Shown here in pieces: positions 8,567 through 16,010 of a stretch of DNA of 32,000 bases (positions are counted from its first letter, which is position 1; every line of letters starts with the position of its first letter). Source of the stretch: Xylanibacter ruminicola 23 (GTDB lineage Bacteria; Bacteroidota; Bacteroidia; Bacteroidales; Bacteroidaceae); the NCBI RefSeq assembly GCF_000025925.1, contig NC_014033.1, forward strand, positions 2,760,001 to 2,792,000, read 5' to 3'. Under the pieces are notes generated by a model. That model was not told where the DNA came from. It did no database searches and saw nothing but the letters and a program-made list of their open reading frames with translations. The translations under genes and the position numbers were made by a program.

Positions 8567-9583
8567 ATGCTGCAAAACGATAGCATCCTAACTACTATAA
8601 CATCCGCCCCCGGAGATACGGTGGCAGTTCATACGGCGAAACCGCAGACACCCTACGAGGTGCTGCGGTTGTTGCCTAAAGATGCTACGCCTGCCCAACA
8701 GGACTCGGCTATACAAGAGTGGTTTGAACCCAAGGAGATTCATTACAGCAGCAGACCTGATACACTGCACCTACCAGGACAAGAGATACCTCGCGACCTG
8801 AAGGAAGTGAGTTTGCCGAACTATTACCGCGAGAACTTTTTCTCGAACAACACGATGTATCATCCGGAACTGAATGTAGAGCGTATTGGCGTTTCGGGCG
8901 CCCCTATCCCCTACACCATTCAGAACGACAGCTTTGTTACTGGCATTCTGATTTTCTGTTTCCTGCTGATAACATTCACCTTATCGCGCATATCAGGATT
9001 TATCATCAAGCAGACCAAGCATTTCTTCTCGCCATCCAAGTCGGTCCAAATGCTCGACGAGACAGGCAGCGAAATCAAATTTCAGTTCCTATTCCTGTTT
9101 ATCACCTGTCTGCTTTATGCACTGCTATACTATTTCTACACCAACCATTTTGTGGCTAACACCTTTGTATTCTCATCCGAATACACGCTGCTATTCATAT
9201 ACGGATTGAGCATACTGATTTATATGTTAGGCAGAATGATATTGTATTCGATAGTGAACAGTGTATTCTTTTCAAAGAAAGAAAATTTACAATTCCAAGG
9301 GTCATTACTACTCATAACATCACTCGAAGGGGTAGCATTATTCCCATTGGTATTACTATTGGCATATTTCCAGTTTTCACTCCAAAATGCCATCTATTAT
9401 ACCGCAACTATCGTTATTTTTGCTAAAATTCTCACATTTTATAAGTCTTATGTTATCTTTTTTAATCAAAAAGGAGGTTTTCTGCAAAATATTTTGTACT
9501 TTTGTGCCCTCGAAATGATACCTTTAATTTCGCTCTGGAGCGGATTGCTGGTAATAACTGAGAATTTGAAAATAAATATTTAG
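8567..9583 (+). CDS. multi-pass membrane protein, DUF4271-like
   Basis: A soluble N-terminal region of about 130 aa is followed by 6 or more hydrophobic F/I/L/Y-rich helices. Its position directly upstream of the hemD-like gene matches the Bacteroidota DUF4271 arrangement as I remember it. The family call is unverified. Confidence 0.7.
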   Translation: MLQNDSILTTITSAPGDTVAVHTAKPQTPYEVLRLLPKDATPAQQDSAIQEWFEPKEIHYSSRPDTLHLPGQEIPRDLKEVSLPNYYRENFFSNNTMYHPELNVERIGVSGAPIPYTIQNDSFVTGILIFCFLLITFTLSRISGFIIKQTKHFFSPSKSVQMLDETGSEIKFQFLFLFITCLLYALLYYFYTNHFVANTFVFSSEYTLLFIYGLSILIYMLGRMILYSIVNSVFFSKKENLQFQGSLLLITSLEGVALFPLVLLLAYFQFSLQNAIYYTATIVIFAKILTFYKSYVIFFNQKGGFLQNILYFCALEMIPLISLWSGLLVITENLKINI

Positions 9584-9590
9584 GACACAT

Positions 9591-10340
9591 ATGCTCAAAA
9601 AGATTTTGGTTTCACAACCTAAGCCAACAAGTGAGAAGTCGCCATATTTCGATATTGCGAACAAGTTTGGTGTTGAACTGGTTTTCCGTCCTTTCATCAA
9701 GGTCGAAGCAATCAGCTCTAAAGATTTCCGTGCACAAAAGGTAAACATCCTGGATCACACTGCCATCGTATTTACCTCGCGTCATGCCATTGACCATTTC
9801 TTCAACATGGCCAAGGAGCTCAGAATCAACATTCCTGAGGACATGAAGTATTTCTGTGTTACCGAGACTATTGCTTTGTACATCCAGAAATATGTGCAGT
9901 ACAGAAAACGCAAGATCTTCTTTGGTGAGACTGGTCGTATCGACGATCTGATTCCTACCATGGTTAAGCATAAGACCGAGAAGTATCTTGTTCCACTGAG
10001 CGATGTACATACCGACAGTCTGGCCAACCTGCTCGACTCTAAGAAGCTGCAGCACACCGAGTGCGTCATGTACAAGACTGTGAGCAACGATTTCACTGAG
10101 GAAGAGGTTAAGAACTTCGACTACGACATGCTGATTTTCTTCAGCCCTGCCGGAATCGAGTCGCTGACCAAGAACTTCCCCAACTTCAAGCAGGACAAGA
10201 TTGCTATCGCCACTTTCGGTCCAGCAACAGCAAAGGCTGCCAAGGAAGCCGGTCTGCGCTTGGATATCGAGGCTCCTAACGAGAAGTATCCATCAATGAC
10301 AGGTGCTCTGCAGCACTACCTGTTTGAAATACAAGACTAA
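9591..10340 (+). CDS. hemD: uroporphyrinogen-III synthase family (HemD-like) protein
   Basis: 249 aa. The N-terminus KKILVSQPKPTSEKSPYFDIANKFGVELVFRPFIKVE matches Bacteroidota HEM4-family proteins as I remember them. The enzymatic role is uncertain. Confidence 0.78.
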   Translation: MLKKILVSQPKPTSEKSPYFDIANKFGVELVFRPFIKVEAISSKDFRAQKVNILDHTAIVFTSRHAIDHFFNMAKELRINIPEDMKYFCVTETIALYIQKYVQYRKRKIFFGETGRIDDLIPTMVKHKTEKYLVPLSDVHTDSLANLLDSKKLQHTECVMYKTVSNDFTEEEVKNFDYDMLIFFSPAGIESLTKNFPNFKQDKIAIATFGPATAKAAKEAGLRLDIEAPNEKYPSMTGALQHYLFEIQD

Positions 10341-10346
10341 GAATTG

Positions 10347-10739
10347 ATGACGACAGCGCCTACCTTCAGTAAAGAGGAGCGCATCGTCAGCAACCTGCTG
10401 ATAGAAACGCTCTTTGAGAAAGGCAATAGTCATTCGCTGACTGCTTATCCTCTAAGGGCTGTTTTTCTTAAAACAGAACACCATGAGGGGTGTGCCCCTG
10501 TGCAACTGCTCATCAGCGTGCCTAAGAAACGCTTTAAGCACGCAGTTGACAGAAACAGGGTGAAACGCCAGGTACGTGAGGCCTACCGCAAGAACAAATC
10601 ACTGCTCGAAGGTAAGGTAAACGAAGACGAGATGCTCTTGATAGCCATCATTTGGCTGACCGACAAACACTTCCCAACACTTGATGTTGAGAAGAAGATG
10701 ATAAGCCTCATGAAGCAGATTGCTAAAGACAAAGCATGA
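10347..10739 (+). CDS. rnpA: ribonuclease P protein component
   Basis: Basic RNR motif region ([24 protein letters not shown]) and conserved position upstream of yidD. The ATG at 10347 is preferred over the TTG at 10344. Confidence 0.85.
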   Translation: MTTAPTFSKEERIVSNLLIETLFEKGNSHSLTAYPLRAVFLKTEHHEGCAPVQLLISVPKKRFKHAVDRNRVKRQVREAYRKNKSLLEGKVNEDEMLLIAIIWLTDKHFPTLDVEKKMISLMKQIAKDKA

Positions 10740-10966
10740 AGAGACTGATACATCTCATTTCGTGGCTGTTGGTATTACCTATCCGCTTTTACCAAATGGC
10801 CATCTCTCCGCTTTTAGGACCTTCGTGCCGATTCACTCCCACATGTAGCGAGTATGCCAAGCAGGCCATCATGAAGCACGGCCCCATCAAGGGCTTAGGA
10901 TTGGCCATCTGGCGCATATTAAGATGCAACCCATGGGGCGGTTCAGGTTACGACCCCGTTCCTTAG
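10736..10966 (+). CDS. yidD: membrane protein insertion efficiency factor YidD
   Basis: [23 protein letters not shown]...[13 protein letters not shown] is the canonical YidD signature. The start overlaps the rnpA stop as ATGA. Confidence 0.93.
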   Translation: MKRLIHLISWLLVLPIRFYQMAISPLLGPSCRFTPTCSEYAKQAIMKHGPIKGLGLAIWRILRCNPWGGSGYDPVP

Positions 10967-11002
10967 TAAAGAAAGAATAAAGAAATAATATTTTAGATAA
11001 AG

Positions 11003-12298
11003 ATGAAGAACTTTGTAGAAGAACTGAAATGGCGTGGTATGCTGGCACAGATGATGCCAGGTACAGAAGAACTGCTCCAGAAAGAGATGGTTACAGCCTA
11101 TCTGGGTACCGATCCTACAGCCGATTCGCTGCATATCGGACACCTTTGCGGTATCATGATGCTCCGCCACCTTCAGCATTGCGGTCACCGTCCTGTTATT
11201 CTGGTAGGTGGTGCCACAGGTATGATTGGCGACCCATCGGGTAAGAGCCAGGAGCGTAATCTGCTTAACAACGAAACACTATATCACAATCAGGAGTGCA
11301 TCAAGAAGCAGGTTGCCAAGTTCCTCGACTTCGAGTCGAAAGAACCAAATGCTGCACTGATGGTTAACAACTACGATTGGATGAAGGACTTTACCTTCCT
11401 TGATTTTGCACGCGAGGTTGGTAAGCACATCACCGTTAACTATATGATGGCTAAGGAGAGCGTACAGCAGCGTTTGAACGGTACTGCCCGCGACGGTCTG
11501 TCGTTCACAGAGTTCACCTATCAGCTGCTGCAGGGTTACGACTTCCTGTATCTCTACCAGCACTACGGCGTAAAATTGCAGTTGGGTGGTAACGACCAGT
11601 GGGGTAACATGACTACCGGCACTGAGCTTATCCGTCGTACTCTAGGCAATGAGGTTGAGACCTTCGCTCTCACCTGTCCACTGATTACCAAAAGCGATGG
11701 TAAGAAATTTGGTAAGACCGAGAGTGGAAACATCTGGCTCGATCCTGTTCGTACCACACCATATAAGTTCTACCAGTTCTGGCTGAATGTAAGCGACGAC
11801 GATGCCGAGCGTTACATCAAGATTTTCACATCACTTGAGAAGGACGTTATCGACGCCCTGATTGAGGAGCACAAGCAGGATCCTGGTCGTCGTGTTCTGC
11901 AGAAGCGTCTGGCTGAGGAGGTTACCGTACTGGTACACTCAAAGGAGGCTCTCGACACTGCAATCGAGGCATCAAACATCCTGTTTGGCAAATCAACCAA
12001 GGAAGGCCTTGAGAAGCTGGACGAGCAGACACTGCTCGATGTATTCGACGGCGTTCCCCAGTTCGAGATTTCTAAGGATCAGCTTGGTCAGCCCGCTATC
12101 GAGCTGCTGACAACCGTTGCACCTGTATTCCCATCTAAGGGCGAAATGCGTAAGATGGTTCAGGGCGGTGGTGTATCGCTGAACAAAGAAAAGATTACAG
12201 ATCAGAACCGCGCTATCACAGCCGAGGATCTGATTGATGGCAAGTATCTTTTGGCCCAGAAAGGCAAAAAGAACTACTACTTGCTGATCGTTAAATAA
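11003..12298 (+). CDS. tyrS: tyrosine--tRNA ligase
   Basis: HIGH motif (DSLHIGHL), KMSKS-type motif (KFGKTE) and a C-terminal S4-like domain. 431 aa. Confidence 0.97.
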   Translation: MKNFVEELKWRGMLAQMMPGTEELLQKEMVTAYLGTDPTADSLHIGHLCGIMMLRHLQHCGHRPVILVGGATGMIGDPSGKSQERNLLNNETLYHNQECIKKQVAKFLDFESKEPNAALMVNNYDWMKDFTFLDFAREVGKHITVNYMMAKESVQQRLNGTARDGLSFTEFTYQLLQGYDFLYLYQHYGVKLQLGGNDQWGNMTTGTELIRRTLGNEVETFALTCPLITKSDGKKFGKTESGNIWLDPVRTTPYKFYQFWLNVSDDDAERYIKIFTSLEKDVIDALIEEHKQDPGRRVLQKRLAEEVTVLVHSKEALDTAIEASNILFGKSTKEGLEKLDEQTLLDVFDGVPQFEISKDQLGQPAIELLTTVAPVFPSKGEMRKMVQGGGVSLNKEKITDQNRAITAEDLIDGKYLLAQKGKKNYYLLIVK

Positions 12299-12357
12299 TA
12301 TTTGGCTGCAAAATTTGGTACTTAGAAAAAAACTTCGTACCTTTGCAGCCAAATATT
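12297..12357 (+). terminator. long hairpin after tyrS (16 bp perfect outer stem plus 5 bp inner stem)
   Basis: AATATTTGGCTGCAAA (12297-12312) pairs with TTTGCAGCCAAATATT (12342-12357). GGTAC (12317-12321) pairs with GTACC (12337-12341). The hairpin begins inside the tyrS stop codon. The downstream T-tract is weak. Confidence 0.5.
12338..12345 (+). promoter_or_regulatory. -7 box TACCTTTG upstream of tRNA-Gln
   Basis: TAnnTTTG match, 14 nt before the mature tRNA 5' end. Confidence 0.6.
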
Positions 12358-12359
12358 CT

Positions 12360-12430
12360 TGGACGATGGTGTAATGGTAACACTACAGGTTTTGGTTCTG
12401 TCATTCCCGGTTCGAATCCGAGTCGTCCAA
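12360..12430 (+). tRNA. tRNA-Gln (anticodon UUG), no encoded CCA
   Basis: Hand-folded cloverleaf. Acceptor TGGACGA/TCGTCCA, D-stem GTGT/ACAC, anticodon stem ACAGG/TCTGT with loop TTTTGGT, T-loop TTCGAAT. The T-stem CCCGG/CCGAG carries one C-A mismatch. Confidence 0.88.
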
Positions 12431-12463
12431 CTACTAAGAACATTTTTCTAAAACAAACAAATT

Positions 12464-13267
12464 ATGGCAAATCTATTTTCATTAGAGGGTAAGAACGCCT
12501 GGATTACTGGTGCATCTTACGGTATTGGTTTCAACATTGCTAAGGCATTTGTTGCTGCTGGCATCAAAACCATCATCTTCAACGACATTAACGAAGCTGC
12601 TCTGCAGCGTGGTCTCGACAACTACAAGGAGGCTGGTATCGACAACGTTAAGGGTTATGTGTGCGACGTGACCGACGAGAACGCTGTAAAGGCACTCGTT
12701 GAGAAGATTCACGCTGAGGTTGGACAGATAGACATCCTGGTGAACAACGCCGGTATCATTAAGCGTATCCCTATGCACGAGATGAAGCGCGCCGAGTTCC
12801 AGCAGGTTATCGATATCGACCTCGTTGGTCCATTCATCTGCTCTTCAGCTGTTATCCCTGAGATGATGGAGCGTCGCGAGGGTAAGATCATCAACATCTG
12901 CTCTATGATGAGTGAGCTGGGCCGTGAGACTGTATCTGCCTACGCTGCTGCTAAGGGTGGTTTGAAGATGCTTACTCGTAACATCTGCTCGGAGTATGGT
13001 GAGTATAACATCCAGTGTAATGGTATTGGCCCTGGCTATATCGCTACCCCACAGACAGCCCCATTGCGTGAGCGTCAGCCAGACGGAAGCCGTCATCCAT
13101 TCGATTCATTCATCTGCGCTAAGACACCTGCCGGTCGCTGGCTCGATCCTTCAGAGTTAGGTGGTCCTGCTGTATTCCTGGCTTCACACGCCTCGGATGC
13201 CGTAAATGGTCACGTGCTTTATGTAGATGGTGGTATCTTGGCTTATATCGGCAAGCAGCCTAAATAA
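12464..13267 (+). CDS. SDR-family oxidoreductase (gluconate 5-dehydrogenase / KduD-like)
   Basis: TGASYGIG cofactor motif, NNAG, and catalytic YAAAK (YxxxK). 267 aa. Confidence 0.88.
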   Translation: MANLFSLEGKNAWITGASYGIGFNIAKAFVAAGIKTIIFNDINEAALQRGLDNYKEAGIDNVKGYVCDVTDENAVKALVEKIHAEVGQIDILVNNAGIIKRIPMHEMKRAEFQQVIDIDLVGPFICSSAVIPEMMERREGKIINICSMMSELGRETVSAYAAAKGGLKMLTRNICSEYGEYNIQCNGIGPGYIATPQTAPLRERQPDGSRHPFDSFICAKTPAGRWLDPSELGGPAVFLASHASDAVNGHVLYVDGGILAYIGKQPK

Positions 13268-13290
13268 GCACATTATACATATATAACAAT

Positions 13291-13318
13291 AATGGGGACC
13301 CTGAAAAGGATCCCCATT
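13291..13318. terminator. bidirectional hairpin between the convergent SDR and HU genes
   Basis: AATGGGGA..CC / GG.TCCCCATT stem with a 7-nt loop and T/A-rich flanks on both sides. Confidence 0.65.
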
Positions 13319-13339
13319 AAATTTTTATTTACAATCGAC

Positions 13340-13612
13340 TTACTTGATAGCGTCAGCAAGCTCAGCACCAGCCTTGAACTTAGCAACCTTCTTAGCAGCA
13401 ATTGTAATCTTCTGCTTTGTCAGAGGATTGATACCCTCACGAGCAGGACGCTCGTTTACGCTGAATGTACCGAAACCTACGAGAGCAACCTTGTCGCCCT
13501 TAACGAGAGCGTCCTTAATAGCTACTACTGTTGCGTCGAGAGCTTTCTTAGCGTCAACCTTTGAGATGCCAGCACTTGCTGCAATCTTCTCTACCAATTC
13601 TGTTTTGTTCAT
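13340..13612 (-). CDS. hup: HU-family DNA-binding protein
   Basis: 90 aa. [11 protein letters not shown]...[24 protein letters not shown] is a classic HU/IHF fold sequence. Confidence 0.95.
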   Translation of the reverse strand: MNKTELVEKIAASAGISKVDAKKALDATVVAIKDALVKGDKVALVGFGTFSVNERPAREGINPLTKQKITIAAKKVAKFKAGAELADAIK

Positions 13613-13674
13613 AATCTTAAAAAATTTAATGAAATATTTAATAGTAATAACTGTTGTATAGTCGAAAACTTTGG

Positions 13675-13682
13675 CAAATATA
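13675..13682 (-). promoter_or_regulatory. -7 box TATATTTG upstream of the HU gene
   Basis: CAAATATA on the plus strand, about 60 nt upstream of ATG 13612. Confidence 0.5.
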
Positions 13683-13787
13683 AGGGAAAGTATTTAAAGA
13701 AACAACAAAAAAACAGAAAAATTTCACTTTTTAATAAAAAATAGTTGTTATCGAGGGCATTTTGGCCTAAAAAAGAGATTATTTTAG

Positions 13788-13795
13788 TAATTTTG
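13788..13795 (+). promoter_or_regulatory. -7 box TAATTTTG (candidate -33 TTTG at 13761-13764) upstream of the rhomboid-EEP pair
   Basis: TAnnTTTG match, 62 nt before ATG 13858. Confidence 0.6.
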
Positions 13796-13857
13796 CACCC
13801 GATAGATGCCAAAAGGCGCTCATTATAAAAAGTAATAATAGATAAATAGTAAACGAT

Positions 13858-14805
13858 ATGATGTTCCGCATACCAACCATCACAAAGAATCTGCTTATCA
13901 TTAACCTGATAGCATTCTTAGCCACGGTAGTACTACAACTGCGTGGTATCGATCTGGCCGACATCGGTGGCCTGCATTTCTTCATGGCCAACGATTTCCA
14001 CCTGTATCAGTTTGTCACCTACCTGTTCCTGCATGCCAACTTCATGCATATTCTCAGTAATATGTTCGGCTTATGGATGTTTGGTTGTGTGATAGAAAAT
14101 GTATGGGGCCCCAAGAAATTCCTTTTTTATTACATTACTTGTGGTATAGGTGCCGGATTCCTGCAGGAAATCGCGCAATTGGGCCAGTTCTATATGACCA
14201 TTAACGCACAAGACCCGACAGTAACTTTTGGCGAGATATTTGCCATCGGTCAGCAACTGAGCAGTCAGCTCAACGCCTGGACCACCATTGGCGCCTCTGG
14301 TGCCGTTTATGCCGTGATCTTAGCGTTCGGTATGACATTCCCCAACGAGCGTCTCTTTATCATCCCATTCCCATTCCCCATCAAAGCCAAATGGTTTGTA
14401 TTGGGTTATGTAGCTATCGAGTTCTTCTCGGCATTAGGAACCAGTGGCGATGGCGTAGCACACACAGCCCACTTAGGTGGTATGCTGTTCGGATTCCTGA
14501 TGATTCGTTATTGGAACCGTCATCCCAACTCCGGCTTCGACCGTGGTCGCGGTATGCAGTTCTTCGACAACCTGAAGCGCAACTTTGAACAGCGCCAACA
14601 CCATCAGGGCAGCGGGTACAGCAATCCCAACATGCACGTAAACAGAGGTGGCGGTTCGAAAGAAGATGATATGGAGTATAATGCCCGTAAGCGCCAGAAC
14701 CAGGAAGAGATAGATGCCATTCTTGATAAAATCCGCAAGAGTGGCTACGACAGTCTGACAAAAGAAGAGAAGAAAAAACTCTTCGATGCAAGCAACCAAT
14801 CATGA
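13858..14805 (+). CDS. rhomboid-family intramembrane serine protease with a cytoplasmic C-terminal tail of about 90 aa
   Basis: HxxxN region (FLHANFMHILSNM), catalytic GASGAVYAV serine motif and the HLGGMLFG histidine helix. Confidence 0.9.
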   Translation: MMFRIPTITKNLLIINLIAFLATVVLQLRGIDLADIGGLHFFMANDFHLYQFVTYLFLHANFMHILSNMFGLWMFGCVIENVWGPKKFLFYYITCGIGAGFLQEIAQLGQFYMTINAQDPTVTFGEIFAIGQQLSSQLNAWTTIGASGAVYAVILAFGMTFPNERLFIIPFPFPIKAKWFVLGYVAIEFFSALGTSGDGVAHTAHLGGMLFGFLMIRYWNRHPNSGFDRGRGMQFFDNLKRNFEQRQHHQGSGYSNPNMHVNRGGGSKEDDMEYNARKRQNQEEIDAILDKIRKSGYDSLTKEEKKKLFDASNQS

Positions 14806-15896
14806 TCAAGCAACTTAAGACCATAACGGTAAACCTTATCGCAGGCGCCAATGTGGCTACTGTACTGCTGATGATACTGGCGGGCTATGCCGACCGTATC
14901 AATCCTGTAGAGCACCCCATGCTTTCGTGTATGGGTATGGCTTTCCCTGGCTTCCTGATTGCCAACCTGCTATTTCTGTTCTTTTGGTTGACATTTAAAT
15001 GGAAGAAGGCCTGGATCCCTGTCGTAGGCTATGTGATAGTATATGGCCCTATCACGCTCTATATGCCGCTACACATCTCGCAAACGCCCCCAGAAGGCAC
15101 CATCAAGCTGATATCCTACAACGTATGTCAGTATGGCGGCAACTACAAATATGAGCAAGGCTTTGAGAAGGTACATGAATACCTGACAGAGCAGGATGCC
15201 GATATTGTTTGCTTACAGGAAGATGTCGATACCTGGCGCAGATATGTGAAACAATGGTACGAGAAAATCTACCCTTATAACGATACCACCATCTTTAACC
15301 CTCAGGATGCCTGCATCAATGGTGTTGGTATCCATACTAAGTACCCGATTATCAGGAAGGAACGTATCCCCTACGAGTCGTCAGGCAATGGTTCTGTAGC
15401 CTACTTCCTCCAAGTGGGTAACGACACCGTACTGGTGATTAACAACCACTTAGAAGGTACACATCTTTCGAACGAAGACCGTGATAAATACAAACAGATG
15501 ATTAGCGGTAAAATGAAGAAATACACCGCTAAGGCCGAAACGCTGTTCCTTATCGAGAAATTAGGCAAATACGCCGCCAAACGAGCACCTGAAGCCGAAG
15601 CTGTCCACGACTATATCGAGGCACACCGACATTACCCGATTATCGTGTGTGGCGACTTTAACGACAACCCCATTTCGTACTCGCGCCGTACCATCGCACA
15701 GGGGTTGACAGACTGCTACCAGGAGACCGGAAAAGGCATCGGTTTGTCATATAATCAGAAAGGTTTCTTTGTACGTATCGACCATATTTTAGTATCCGAC
15801 CACTTTGAACCCTATAACTGCCATATTGATAGTAAAATGGACGCAAGTGACCATAATCCTATCATCTGCACCCTAAAAATGAAAAGTAATCAATAA
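14802..15896 (+). CDS. membrane-anchored endonuclease/exonuclease/phosphatase (EEP) family protein
   Basis: Three N-terminal TM helices are followed by the EEP motifs ISYNV, CLQE, GDFN and SDHNPI. The start overlaps the rhomboid stop as ATGA. Confidence 0.85.
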   Translation: MIKQLKTITVNLIAGANVATVLLMILAGYADRINPVEHPMLSCMGMAFPGFLIANLLFLFFWLTFKWKKAWIPVVGYVIVYGPITLYMPLHISQTPPEGTIKLISYNVCQYGGNYKYEQGFEKVHEYLTEQDADIVCLQEDVDTWRRYVKQWYEKIYPYNDTTIFNPQDACINGVGIHTKYPIIRKERIPYESSGNGSVAYFLQVGNDTVLVINNHLEGTHLSNEDRDKYKQMISGKMKKYTAKAETLFLIEKLGKYAAKRAPEAEAVHDYIEAHRHYPIIVCGDFNDNPISYSRRTIAQGLTDCYQETGKGIGLSYNQKGFFVRIDHILVSDHFEPYNCHIDSKMDASDHNPIICTLKMKSNQ

Positions 15897-15945
15897 AAAT
15901 GAGTGAATTTTTGCCAATAAATTTTTCCTTGTGTAAAAAAATGCC

Positions 15946-15953
15946 TATATTTG
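15946..15953 (+). promoter_or_regulatory. -7 box TATATTTG upstream of secDF
   Basis: TAnnTTTG match, 57 nt before ATG 16011. Confidence 0.55.
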
Positions 15954-16010
15954 CACGCTATTTTATACGCGAACAGAAAATAATATAAATAAATAATAAT
16001 TAAAAACAAA

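Noticed and set aside
13292-13661. Two plus-strand ORFs of 90-105 aa opposite the HU gene
   Set aside because: The minus-strand HU protein is a textbook match. The antisense translations are low-complexity (S/L/A-rich).
12360-13700. A genomic island inserted at tRNA-Gln, or at tRNA-Arg (19102-19173)
   Set aside because: No integrase gene, no duplicated tRNA 3' end and no phage or conjugation genes are visible. The genes following the tRNAs are an SDR and HU, or a terminator and secDF.
13613-13857. The 245-bp AT-rich HU/rhomboid intergenic region as a possible sRNA or invertible promoter
   Set aside because: It contains two outward-facing promoter boxes that account for it. I saw only short (8 nt or less) repeats and weak 3-bp hairpins, with no flanking inverted repeats of inverton size.
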